The notes under the pieces were generated by a model that saw only the letters and a program-made list of their open reading frames with translations, had not been told where the DNA came from and made no database searches. A DNA stretch of 60,940 bases, filler included, from Sphacelaria rigidula (lineage: Eukaryota), in NCBI GenBank assembly GCA_964200075.2. It is 10 parts of 10 records of this genome, joined end to end, with 100 filler letters (N's around TTAATTAATTAA, not from the genome) between each part and the next. Parts side by side here need not be neighbours in the genome. Positions count along the whole stretch, not along the records: positions 18,315 to 24,318 come from CAXNAA020022861.1; positions 24,419 to 30,422 come from CAXNAA020022862.1; positions 30,523 to 36,526 come from CAXNAA020022863.1; 7 more parts are not named here. One strand, written 5' to 3'. Made by a program: the position numbers and the translations under genes. Positions 22,707 through 35,646 of this stretch are shown piece after piece. The stretch's first letter is position 1. Each line of letters opens with the position of its first letter.

Positions 22707-25671
22707 CGGCGTCCGTCAGACCAAAGACTAGCAACAGTTTTGCGGAGTATGATTACACCGCGCGCTCCATGAGTCATCGAAAGATAAATATATTCAGAAA
22801 TCCTGCCCGTCGCTTGAGGCTAAGAAGAGATTCGTTTACGAAACTCTTGGCTTCTGATATACCTACCTCTCCTCTCGAGGTTTTTTCGTTCCTGATATGA
22901 ATCATCGCCAGGAAGAGTTCATTTTCCTGCGAAAGCGGGAGGATTTCACGAAATAATCCTCCTTCTCTGCTGCCGTAAAGTCTTTCTGATAACTACGTCG
23001 CCGAGCGCGGGAGCAGTGCTGCCTCATCGCGTGACAGACAGTGCAAGATGACAGATTCCGGGGAAGGCATGGCCTACACGTCAAGCCTCCCGTTATGAGC
23101 AGGATCCAGGTCGTTAGGTGTGAAACTGATGCATCAGTGGTACATGAATACTCGGACCTCGTTTTTTTTCTGTTCCTTGTTGTCCCGGAGAGAATTGGGT
23201 GTGTGGGGGCTGGGTCATATATCCAACAATGTTCGGGTGTGCTTGTCGAAAGGAAACGATTGCGGTCAGGTTTTGCAAACTTCTATTTTCTCGATCGCGG
23301 GTATATACTGTATATAATATGTAACAATGATTTTGGTTCATTGTCACAGATTCGGATCGAACGGTTGACTGCATGTCAGGGGGCGGGCTTGCATTATTTG
23401 GAATGATATCTCAACACGGCAGTTTTTGAGCCCGCACTCGACACATCTAACAAGATTATTATCACCATGGTATCAATAACTAACTGTCTAAATGAATACG
23501 AAGTGTGATTTGCGAGATCAGCGAGAGCAAATGAATAATGAATACACCCCCACGCTATTTTACCCGCGCTGTTCTCAGTCCTTACCGCTGCCATCTCCCT
23601 GTCGGAGTTCAACCAGGAACGCTGCTTATTAGACATCTCGGGAACACAACACAACCGCATTCATGTCCATTTCCTCCGCAAGGTTGATCCCCAGCCCATC
23701 CACAAAAAAAATCATTGTAAACAACAACCAAATACAACACTCATGCAGCTGGGACGTATTCCCCGACTTCAACCGAGTCGGACCTTGTAGAGGCCGCAAT
23801 GGTATGCTACGCGGTCAATGTGGAACATCGATGTGACAGTTTAGCTGCGCCGTAACCCGAAAATCGATCACCCGATTCCTGCTCATGAGAGTATGCATCG
23901 CTTTTCTACGCGCAATGAAGTCAACGGTTGCCACCCCGCCCCGGGGGTCTAAATAAATATGCTACAACTGGCGTCATTAGGGTGGAAAGAGCGCGGGTTC
24001 GATTCCCCCCCGGATGCGTTTGGATTTCCTCTTCGACGTGTCTGATTTATGTCGTCGAATGCGTAAGGGCATGATTATCGAAAATAATGTAGTTCGTTTG
24101 ACTGAGCTTGTTTGACAAGCATCGACTCGGCGCGGGAGTGCTGATGGTCATGATCCAACTCCGTGAGACCAAAATGCAAGGCATGTACCCGGGGGAGAGA
24201 CGGGCTGGTTGGTACCTTGAGAACATGGATTCGTCCCGAGGAAGCGGACGGGGGGCGGGGGGGGTGTACTCATGATTATGCGTGCCATAGTCATAAGACC
24301 ATTGACCTCGCATCCCTANNNNNNNNNNNNNNNNNNNNNNNNNNNNNNNNNNNNNNNNNNNNTTAATTAATTAANNNNNNNNNNNNNNNNNNNNNNNNNN
24401 NNNNNNNNNNNNNNNNNNTTGCATTCGAATGGCAGCCTCCAATGAGTTGCTTTATTGTCTGGTATCGCCACTTCCCGAGACAGCCGTGGTTTATACACTG
24501 CCTCATGGGTGCCTCACCAGGGGACGATTTAGCAGAGTGTAATCGCTAAAATATGAAGTTGGGATTGAGATATGCACGCGAAAATATTGCGCCGTGAGGA
24601 AAGATCTACTTAAAATAAACTATTGGTTTATGTTGTAAAATGCCCGAAAGACCGGCGAAGAAGTCAAAGAGAAATGAATGATGTAACAGGGTGTTCCTCG
24701 CAGAGAGATCGATCATGTAGTAGAAGTCATAATGGAAGGATGATTTTCTCGAAGGTAATGATGCCGCACATGCTTCACCACGATGCGTGGATAATTGCAC
24801 ACGCTCACATTCCGACATAACCGTGGGTTCTTCTCAAAGTCCTCTCTGGTCTACATCCGAGAGAGGACATAACACGCTTGATTGCCGACGACCATCACTA
24901 GGAAAACAGCAGGATATTCGAAGCTATTTGCAGATCTGGGGGACAACGAAAGTTCGCTCAGGTTTCTTTTCAGTGAGCAGGTTGAGCGCACCGGATTTCT
25001 TGTGAGAGAGTCACCTGCTCTTGAGTTTCAAAATCTGACATAGCAAATGCGCCTGTATCGTGGTGTCTGCGCATGTTTTTTCGGGGTTCCATGTGCTATA
25101 TTCATTGCTTCCTTGACGCTTCTTCTCTCGCCGACGTAGAGTGTTTGGACCAAAGATCGCTGCAGAAACGATCATAGCTCTGAAGCTGTCCATCTGCAGA
25201 TCTAGCAGATGGAAAATTGCTGCAGGGTCATGCTGCGGTAGGGGTTGTACATTTGGTACCCAGATCGTTTCTCATTCAGAGCTTCCTGAAGTAAGGAGCT
25301 ACACGAGAATATAGGCCAGGACATTCCCGTTTTCCGATCCATTCGGAATACCCTCAAGCCCATTGGAATGCCAATTGTTGCGTGCTCTCACATATTTAAA
25401 AATCGTCATTTGGAAAAGATACAGGGCTCCTGACAATCCCAAGCTCATGGCATATTATTGGTGCTCCCCTGCCGTGGCACCACTCTTCATTTCATTTTCG
25501 AGTGAGGATACTGCAACAACATCTCGTTTGTTTTGAAAGGCTAGGTTGGTTGCGTTTTTTATTCCTATCATCAGTACGTGCACTTTGGCACCAACCCGGT
25601 ATGCATGCACTGTCTCCCCGCCGTTGTTTTTTGCTCTTCGCTCTTTGCTCTTTGCTCTTTACTCTCGCTAG

Positions 25672-25831
25672 TTCGATTACGACGACGGCAGAGGAGGCAC
25701 AGCAGGACGCTTCAAATTCGACCTCTACTTGGTCGACGAAGATGCGTCGAGCCAGGCGGAGCCTGAGGGGGACTGCGGTATCTGGCAGAGCAGCGTCTGC
25801 GACACATCTGATGATGGCTGCTACAATACAG
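25672..25831 (+). CDS. Internal exon of a Cys-rich, probably extracellular algal protein
   Basis: Strong pyrimidine tract and ctag acceptor; FDYDDGRGGTAGRFKFDLYLVDEDASSQAEPEGDCGIWQSSVCDTSDDGCYNT; ends at CAG|GCGAGT (GC donor). Confidence 0.65.
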
Positions 25832-26117
25832 GCGAGTACACTGCTTGCTGACCCTGCCACTGTGGCGCCGTTAGCTGAATATAGCAGGCCGTTAACGTGC
25901 CAAGATTGATTTGAGAACTTGACAATCATCACCGCGACTGCCCCACAGCATTTCGGCGACGGGTAACGTCATGCATGCCTACGGACTTGAGAGGCTGCCT
26001 CAATGTGTGTGTCGGGATGGTATCCAAGAGCGGTGAATCCGGGCATAGGTATATGTGGGGGAAGCTATGGGTTGTGAGACCGTGAGCTATAGCACACATT
26101 GACAGCAAAAATACGGA

Positions 26118-26504
26118 CATGTTTGTGAGATTAGAAAAAGTTATTTTTGCAGCGGGAGATTTTTGTGTGATTTACAGCAACAAAGTCGAATCGTCCGAAA
26201 CGGCCGTCGTCCCCTTGGAAGTCCGTGACCTGAGGAAAATTCTGGGACGAGAAGAAATATAATTGCCGCGGTCACTGGAGAGTTGTGAGGGAAAATGTGG
26301 CCCAGAAAAGAAACAAAAAGCATATCTTCGACCGCATCTCACGGAAGACGTCACCGATTTTTCAATTGTGATTGCATCAAAATTCCCGCCAGGTCACGGG
26401 CTCCCAGGGGGCTGACGACTGTTTCGGACGATTCGCCCGTCTTGCTGTAAATCACGGATTCTCTCGTTCCGAGGCAAAAATCCCTTTCTAATCTCACGAA
26501 CATG
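26118..26504. mobile_element. MITE with long (~100 bp) imperfect TIRs
   Basis: CATGTTTGTGAGATTAGAAA / TTTCTAATCTCACGAACATG; inner arms GATTTACAGCAA..GAATCGTCCGAAAC / GTTTCGGACGATTC..TTGCTGTAAATC. No clear TSD. Confidence 0.75.
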
Positions 26505-28219
26505 AGATTAGAAACAAAGTCATGCAAGACATCTGGATGGTGTGATAACGCTGGTTCTTGGAAAGCGTAAATCTCCGACGCCAGTAAAATATGCAGCATC
26601 ACCTACTGGGGTACATCTATTCGGTAATCACGGCTAGGCTCGTAGAAGATCACTGGGTGTCAGATACTTAACCAAGTGGGTACGCCCGCACGTCCGACAA
26701 GAGATGATCACCATCCCGGGCGCCACCATGAATGTTACGCACGTGATTCGTGATCTAGATATGTGATACACAGGAGGGTCCCCAATCTAGAGATATGATA
26801 CATGAAAGATTCGACACAAAACTCAACCCATTACGGAGAGAGGTACCAAACGCACTAAATGTACTAAATCTGGATTGCGTGTATCAGTTTTGAGAGCTTT
26901 GCTAGTGAATGAGAATGGGGCTATCGCCTCGTGTGACGGGAAACCGGAGAGGCGAAAATGTTGGCAGTACGTGTCGGGACGGGCATTTCTGTCGCGTTCC
27001 ATCTTCACGGGAAATATATTCGAATTCAAAACGTCCGAAACAATATCACTCAGAATAGAATTTCGGCCGGCGACGCCACTCTGCATTATTACCGAATAAA
27101 AGACGCTGTCAAGTTTTTCACGTAACAATAGTTACATCCAACCGTAACAAGGGCAAAACAGGGATGCGTTAGCACTCACCGAGGTACCTAAACAATTGTT
27201 TACTGCGATGATATAGCAGAAGGTGAAAACACACCAAGAAACGGCAAATGTTTGTATTTCGGACACCTTGCGTTCATCGTCACCCACGGGCGATTGATTC
27301 ACTTGATCTTGTCGCCAGAGTCAGCAACCCACATAGAAGAAACGAGGACGAGACAAAGCAAAAAAACGGAAAAAACAATATCGTGAAAGCTGTCCGAGCT
27401 CCTAGGTTGCGATCGACTTCTTTCTCGTGTTTATTATGGCGTGTCCTTGTCCTTGCTCGCGTTATGCTTCGATTTCCCGCGAGTATAGTGTGTTAGGCAA
27501 GGCTGATGAATCTGTTGAAATATAATTGACTATCGTGGCTTGTGTATAAGATACATGGTGTTCAACTGTCTAGTAGACAGGAACAATCGGTTCAACTTGT
27601 GAACCCAGCTCTAACTAGAGAGCCCGCAGAGGCCGCACAGTGTTGGTTATACACTTGTTTGTGCGAGAGAGAAAGATGGTTGAACTTGCCGCTTCCCCTG
27701 AGCATTGTTCGAATTAAACACATACAACACCTGGTTCCTTATGAACGCAAAAACCAATAACAAGCTGATAGGCTTGCTTGAGGTGGGTCACTTTGGAGAG
27801 TACATAGCGTGGGGCTATTTCACTTTGTTGATATAACTCTTGGACACTAAAAAACTGTCCATCCAAACTGTTGATACCTTAGACTCTTGGTACTCAAGCC
27901 TTCAATATTCTGACAATATGCTAACTCTCTGTATACGAGCTACAGTATATACAATACATAAACTATTCAGTATTCTACGATGAATATCTCACACACTGCA
28001 CTACTTCGGTTATTCCAACGATCTTTATTCTAACGGTCAACCCTTACTGGTTTTCCCGCTAATCTCGAGTATAGTAGTCAGCATCAGAAGTTTTCAGAAT
28101 TCGTAGTTGTCGTACTTTTTGAGTTTTTCTGGGGTATAATTCTTCACTACTACTTGACAGTGCTAGCGCCGGGAGATTTAGGGAGAAAGCGTTGGCCGCG
28201 CTCAAACTGCAGTGCTCAC

Positions 28220-28622
28220 GTTGGTGTAGTTGGGGCGATACGGACTTGATACCCCGTTTATCAGGAGGGTGTTATTGACCGTTTTTGGTCCAATACAAGC
28301 GGTTTTCCCGCTCTTCGGCGACGAAACGATAAATATCCAGATACATGCATACGTATAAAATTCTTCACAATATCGATCGCGATCGTGTTTCCCTCCTATA
28401 ATACTGCACAGATCTCAGTCTAGCATTTTCTGCGGAAGGCCTATTTTCGTTATTTTTCGCATAACATTTTCCATGAGCACTCGAAAGAGCTAGCGTCGAT
28501 AGTTTGGCAAACTAAGCAAAACCGTGCTCAAATCACAATCGCCCAAGTTGGTGCTGTGGGGGCGATACCGGGTAAAGACCCCGTTTATCAGGAGGGTGTT
28601 ATTGACCGTAAATGGTCCAAGG
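28220..28622. repeat. Direct repeat of ~75 bp (28220-28293 and 28548-28620)
   Basis: Identical core ACCCCGTTTATCAGGAGGGTGTTATTGACCG in both copies. Confidence 0.85.
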
Positions 28623-28975
28623 AACATAGCTTTCCTACTTTGGCGCAGGTACTAGGTGAAATTTCAAAAAAGAATCCTTTTTGGGTCTTTACTTATATAA
28701 TCCGGATCGAGTCGGTCCACCGAAAATACCGAAAATTTAGAGCCTGGGGTTGTATTTTTGCAGGACCTCCGAGGATCGGTCAAGCCCGTAAGCCACTTAT
28801 TATTGATCGCAGATGATTTTTCTTTCAATATGTGTCAAGAGGATTAAAATATCTCCCCATGCCCATTTTTTGGCATCCAGCAGTCACTGTGATGAGCGGT
28901 GGCAAGCAGAACAAATTTGGATAATTTTTGATAAACTAAAAAATTATGGATTCTACATACTTCTGACGCTGACTA

Positions 28976-29918
28976 CCGTAAGTTACTCCGTGATCGCACA
29001 GGGGTGCGATCGGTTTTTAAATATTTTCCAACTTGTTTTTTTCTCGCACAGGGGTCGTGAAAACGCACCCCTCTGTGAACACCGCGCCCCCTGTGCGAAA
29101 ATCGAATTAAATCATTTGGTACTGCTTTCCCATCGCACACCCCTGTGGCATCTCAACGACATGTGCGATATGAGTAAATAGTTTCGATGACACCAGGGTC
29201 TTTGAACGCACACCCTGTGTGATAACTCCGCCATGTGCGATACTGAGTAAATCTTCGCCGGTGTGAAGGAGCAATCTGCAACAGTACTGCCGCAGGAACA
29301 AGGTCTGAAGATGCCTGAAACATAGCAAGTGCACACGGGCACAAAGCCACAGCACGACAGCATCAAGCACACCGCACGAGCCTACGGTAGGTGTCGTGGT
29401 ACCTGTATACCGTTACACGAAATGTCCAAGAGAGAGACGACGTTCATTGCAAGAAATATCGTTTTGTGCCAGTACGCGTTTGCTTTCGGGCTTCGTTCTT
29501 TCCGTCGGCGTTGGCGTTTCGTGAAAGCTTTCGACTTTGGTGGTTACATTCAAGGTGCACGACGAGAACTGGAGTAAAATAAATTGACAAAGAAAACCAC
29601 TCCACATGTTTTTTGTGTCTGCGCTGCCACACCGCAGTGCGTAGTCCAGCAAGCCCCATGACGACGAGTGGAATAGAGACAAATATCGTGGCAACTCAGG
29701 CTGTCCGCCCCGAAGACTCATCCGTGCGCACGCGTCCTCACGCCCGGAAGGTGGCTGAGACGCATTTCATTCTTGAGATCGCACCCCTGTGTGAAAACAA
29801 CGCCCCCTGGGCGAAAAACCAATTAAATCATTTCAAACCATGTTTTTTATCACAGGGGTGCGTTCTCACGATCCCTGTGCGAAATTCACGCCCTGTGCGA
29901 TCACAGAGAAACTTACGG
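28976..29918. mobile_element. Non-autonomous Tc1/mariner (pogo/Tigger-type) element
   Basis: TA|CCGTAAGTTACTCCGTGATCGCACAGGG ... CCCTGTGCGATCACAGAGAAACTTACGG|TA; TA TSD; internal subterminal repeat at ~29064-29118 and ~29780-29835. Confidence 0.85.
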
Positions 29919-30353
29919 TACTGTATGTATATTCGGAACTGTTATTTCTCAACTTCAAACATAGTGCTGTTGCTGGCTCATCTTGTATGCGGAAGCTCGC
30001 GATTGTTCTAATTATCAAAGAGTAATCGTTCTTGTCGACACAAGATTCTGGTGGTCTCGAGCGTCTTTTTTGCGTGGAGGGGGCAACGGACATTTTACCG
30101 CAGACACGGAACTTGTTGGCGATTCCCGTGCCGTCGCTTACTCGCGGGTGAAGTCGCCGCTAAATACCGTCGCTTTCGAAGGAATGGGGACTCCGGAATG
30201 CTTTTCCCACGAAACGCCTGGGTTTTGAAAAGCCGCTGACTGTGAACGTGTCGAGTTTCAGCCAAGCATGCCAGCACCTACGGACCTTCGGTGAACATAG
30301 TGTCATTCGCCGACACTGCTGCAATCGACACCCCTTGATGTCTCTACGCCTTA

Positions 30354-30355
<2 letters not shown>

Positions 30356-30389
<34 letters not shown>

Positions 30390-30399
30390 CCTCTCTCTC
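30356..30399. repeat. (CT)n microsatellite
   Basis: Directly visible. Confidence 0.95.
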
Positions 30400-30794
30400 C
30401 ATGTCCCTCCCTTTCTCCCATTNNNNNNNNNNNNNNNNNNNNNNNNNNNNNNNNNNNNNNNNNNNNTTAATTAATTAANNNNNNNNNNNNNNNNNNNNNN
30501 NNNNNNNNNNNNNNNNNNNNNNGGGAATATTCCCGAGAGGAGCCTTGGTTTTTTACCGTTCTTGGACAAAAACTCTTGTCTGGCCAAAATGAAAACTGCG
30601 GCCACCGGAAAACGGGAAGATATCCTGGAACCGCCTCAACTTGTAGAGCAAGTGACTCCAAGGTATCCCGAGATATGGCGCACATGAGTTTTATACTAAA
30701 ATCAATGTATTACCAGCAGAGGCACTGTGTGCCCTAAATCCGGGTATCGCGTCTCAGTTTTTGAGAGTTAATTTTGTAAAATTTCCACAGGCAC

Positions 30795-31112
30795 CGTAGG
30801 TGAGGTACCGTACAGAGTATACCCCCGGTATTACGGGGTATCCCGTACCGTGGGATATGCGTAGGTATCGTAGTTATGACACTTGAAGATACCGGATTGG
30901 GCGGTTACAGTAGGTCGTGAAATCTCGAAATACCCTGGTATCGTAGGTATGAGTTTTGAAAATACCGGATTGGGCGGGTACGGTAGGTATTGAGATATCG
31001 AAATCCCCTGGTATCGTAGGTATCGTGGGTATGAGATTTGAAAATACCGGATTGGACCGGTATCAGTAGGGTATGAGATGTCCCAAATACCGGCACCGGG
31101 TACTCACCTTAC
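30795..31112. repeat. Interspersed element with ~3 tandem 70-80 bp units (ATACCGGATTGG...GGTATCGTAGGTAT)
   Basis: Units at ~30885, ~30958 and ~31040; weak terminal inversion AGGTGAGGTACC / GGTACTCACCT. Confidence 0.7.
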
Positions 31113-33909
31113 CTGCGGTGGCTGTGAAAATTTCGTGTGGTGGACCGCTAGTGCATGACAAAAACAAATATAAAACAACTTGTCACCTTGCCTCAATTTT
31201 TTTTTATTCTCCACAATTGTTTTCGTGTTTTCAGGGGAGTTTTGAGGAGAAATGATCATTGCTCTCACGCCTTGTCTCCATGTTTCAGCTCAATTTTTGG
31301 AAATGTGATTCGAAACTTAGCATGGAGAACCACAATATGTGCCGAATAAAAAACAAGAATGGGCCTTCATTATTTTTTTTCTCCATGAAGGTTAGGGCTT
31401 TCCGTGAAAAAATGGTCTTTACTATACGAGAACGCCCTAAACCATTGAAAAAATACCTGAAAAAACCTGACCCACTGAGTTTTGTTGACTATGCCTCAGA
31501 GAGCGCCCACACGAAATTTCAATTCACAAAAACCAAACATGGGCCGGTGGGTGGCTTGCGAAATACTGTTTCGAATTTATACCGACCCGGTTATCAAAAG
31601 GCCCATGCTCAACCCAATATCTAGAGTAGGAGCGTAAAATTTGATATGGACAATGCATACAAGCTGGCTCAGATTGAATACCCCAATTTTATTCCCCGAC
31701 TGATGACGAACGCAACACAGGCTCAATTTTCACGGAACCGATATCGTAGTGTCTCCCACAAGCAACACAACAGGGTGACATCTTCTTTTGCCGGAAGTAG
31801 GGGTTGGGTACGGAGCAATGGGCGAAAATGTGGTCTCGACCAATCAACGGCCTCAAAACTGTCTACAACTTAAAATACGAATTTTCAACCCAAGATGCTG
31901 CTCAATCTCCACAATTATTACATCACAGCAGTAGTTGTTCTTCAGGGAACTTGGGATATTTTTTTTAAACGGTTGTCCTGGCATGAAATTTTTCCCCAAA
32001 CATGATATTTCGGTAAGGACGGCGTCAAATTTCCTGTTGATTTGAGGATGAAGAACGGAGAGCCGGCGCCAACGTTTCCCTCTATGTCTCCCCGAAGGAT
32101 GATTCAATCTTTTTCAAACTTGGCAACTTGTTAAATGCTGACGCAACGAAATACGAAAAAGCATCTGGGAGGTGTTTCGACGGGCATAGGTGCCTCCTTG
32201 ACCGGCTTTCGGGGGTTCCGGACTGAGGACCCCCGGAAACCGGTAAAAGGAACCTCTTCCTCAAAAAATGAAAAATTCACGCGCTTCTGTGATCCCCAAA
32301 GAAAATTCGTACGAAGTTTGATGGGATAACTCGAAAGACTGACGCGGCAGGGTCGTCTGCCGTAACAAGAACGTCGAAAAACGTCCCAAGTAGGGGGACA
32401 CGCAGACTTTTTTATACTTCAGCGCACGTTTTGGCATTTCCTCACGCCGTTTTTTCGAGCAAGACCACCAAAATTTCACACATGCTCTGGAGGGCACTAT
32501 TATATCTAAAACTCGAAGACCGGGGTTTTTCAATTGCTCTTGTTGGTAGCTTTTTATCCAAGGTCGCAGTTGACCGACGTTACGGGGGGAGGGGTCAAAT
32601 CCCGACTATCTCGACACCAACAACAAAAAAACGATCTTCGAGTTTTGGGCAGTGCCCTCAAGGACATATGAGCAAATTTTCGTGGTCTAACTCGGAAAAA
32701 CGGCGTGAGGAAATCCCGGGGAATGAATTTCGGGCGTTCAATCTGAACCAGCTCGTAGGGCATGGAAAAAAAAATTACGTAGGTACCGTTTGTTTTTTGT
32801 TCTTTATTCATAAATATGGGGCAATAATCGGTTTTCAGGCATCAGTAAAATTCTGTCAAGGCTACTTCTTATGTATAACGAATTCTGTCAGAAAACACGT
32901 TTCCTAATAAATGACCAAAAACCCACTTATTTTGTGATCAGAAAACGCGTTTTCTGATACAATATTTTCCGATCACATTTGATGATATGCCAAAGTTATC
33001 GGAATATGAGGATTTTCCGATAATCACGTGCTATCGAAAAATGTTGTCGAAAAAACGTTTGAACCTCGTTTGAACACGTTTGAATACACATTACAGCCTA
33101 CGACAGCACCTGTGATGGCTTGGCTGCCATCACTACTACTGCTATCGCTGGTGCTCGCGGGCATTCAGCGTGTTGCATCATTAGACAGTTTCGGCAAACG
33201 TTTTTTCAAATCTTGGAGTCAGAGTGGAAGAAAAAATAGCCGGTAATGGTTCACTTTCCGGTATGATTTTTTTTCAGAGCGATTTTCTCAGAGTGAGAGT
33301 GCCGTTTGCACCACTTCACTCGGAAAACCGTTGTTCCTCTTCAGAGCCCATAGCGGAATGAAGAAGAACCACGCCCACCTTCATCACCATGGTCACGTCC
33401 AGTCCAAAGTCAACACACCCTAACAAGCAAAATGGGACATCCATCATCCATCAAAACTGCCATACTCATCACAATGGGCCAGTCACGAAGTAGAAAAGCT
33501 CGGCATGGCAATCAGAAGACCTCCCTCACGCCGCCATGGTATCAGCATTCGCTTCGTTGTGTTGCGTGAATATTCAAATCTCGACGGGCACACGCTGCCC
33601 TTGGGTGCAATTCCTCACTCTTGCCAGCCTCAGCTGTAAGAAGATGATGTGAACGATTCGTAGTCTACAACGCACAAGCAGTACTACACCTGGCTGTATT
33701 CCCATCCCGCTAAAGATCATGACCTCTTGCACCACCGTTATGGGTGGCATGTGGAGAAATCATCACAATGCGGTCGAGGTCTACTCAATCCCGTACATGA
33801 GATAGAATATAAAAAAAAACTAAAAAGTACTTGATATATGGAAGAAATAAACATTGTGATGAAGGTGAAGCTTTCACTCTTCGCATACCTTCGGAACCTA
33901 GTAAGGTCA

Positions 33910-33941
<32 letters not shown>

Positions 33942-35389
33942 GAATAGGTTTCGGCAAAGCCTTGCACATCACACTTTCACGACAAGAACAAGACCAGACA
34001 AATAACACAACGCTCTGCAATGCTTGCTCAATCGTGCTCAACGTACCTATTTGCACCATCAATTCGCGTCCAATGTGCGTCGCATGTTGTGGTGGCAGAT
34101 AGGGCCAACGATCATGGGCGCTACCTCATCCGAGTCGCCCCAAAATGGAAAAAGAAGCCGCCGATCGTTTCCTAGTTATAGACTGAAAAAAGTGTCTTGA
34201 GAGAAGTCGTTTTGTTCAGTCTCCAGAGACTTTTGTTCAGAGCGCAACCTACAGGGCCATTTTTCATGAGAAACGTTTCTGGAAACTGTCCACGATTTGC
34301 AGACAGCGGGAGTTTGCCAAATGTCTGCGAAAAGCCATCGATTCGCAGAGACTTTTCCCTGTCTGGGAATTGTCGTTCCGTCACACATTCCTCGCACACT
34401 GCACCCGCAATGGTACAGTCAGTACTCCATCACGCACTCCTCGCTTACACGCGTAGTACAGTCAGTGCAACAGTAGTTGTCCATGTTGTATGTAATTGTT
34501 TCCTCCCGCACGCCGCAGGCAAAAATATTGCGGTACACGACGAAAACGCCTCATTTATTTTCGTAAATACACCTTTCAACCCTTCCTTGATGGTGTGCAA
34601 CCCTGATCTGGACAAAAAGGCTTCTCGATCAGACTGACTGGTCGTTGTTGGTGCAACCAATTTTGAAAAGTGTTTTTTATCTATCATCGGTGTGTCGTAG
34701 CAACCGTGCGGAGAACGAAAAATCTAATGAGTTGTCATCTCAACATAATTGGTCCAGGGCACGCCTTGAGAAGATATTACTGTACCTCCGGTGGGAGGGC
34801 TGGATGACAGACGGTGCGCCATTCCACTCGGTTTGGTCCTCATTTTTTCGGGATAAATAGGCTCTCCATGGATGTACCGCTGTCGGGTTGGCGCCAACAT
34901 GATCAGGCCTTCTATCTTTCTTGTAGTGGTTACGGTTGGGCGTGGGATTGGGAATATTTATTTGCTTGTACTGATGATATTATGGTGGATGTTGGAATGA
35001 TCTTTGTTCAGGTGCGGTACTTGTGTCGTTGATACCTTCAGCACTGTTGCCACACGCGTCAGCCGTGGCTCACCACTAGTCACTTTTATCAAAATATTGT
35101 CAAATTTGTTCGTTTCTTTACACGAGTATTACCATAGATATTATATTTCCGAACACGAGCCCGATGTCTCCCACCCGTTGTCACAAACGTAGGTTCGCCT
35201 TTCCACGCCCGTCACAATCATCCTCCACTCAGCGCATATGGAAGCGTTCATCGAGCGGCGTATGTTGCGACTCCAATACCAAGCGAAAAAATAAAATAGG
35301 AGAACAAACAGCGAAGGAGAGACGCCAAGAAAATAGAAGAGGAAAAGCCCCCACCCGAGTTCATTGAGATGTGCTGAGTCAAATGAATT

Positions 35390-35646
35390 ATCACATCTGC
35401 CAAGCGGGGTGCGATACTATCGTAAATGGCTACCGCCCGGCGTTTCAACGCGATGTCAACGCAGTGAACCCTCTAAACGCCAACGGGTACGCCGTCGACA
35501 CGCACCAGGAACAAGTGATGGTCCTTAACGATGGCCTTCGCTCTCGAGTTGATGCATGCGGCCAGCGTGTTGCCCATCAGACAGACGCGGCCGACGCCTC
35601 ATTTCTTCCGGCGAGGATGGACGAGGTAGGAGTCGACGATCCTTGA
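35390..35646 (-). pseudogene. Possible Ulp1/C48-like peptidase remnant
   Basis: One frame with two stops reads IVDSYL...DHHLFLVRV...GV*RVHCVDIALKRRAVAIYDS, reminiscent of the C48 pattern HW..V.D....I..YDS. The catalytic Cys motif was not found. Confidence 0.25.

Noticed and set aside
23975..24015. tRNA-like GGTTCGATTCCC T-loop
   Set aside because: No D-arm or cloverleaf around it; at most a decayed SINE head.
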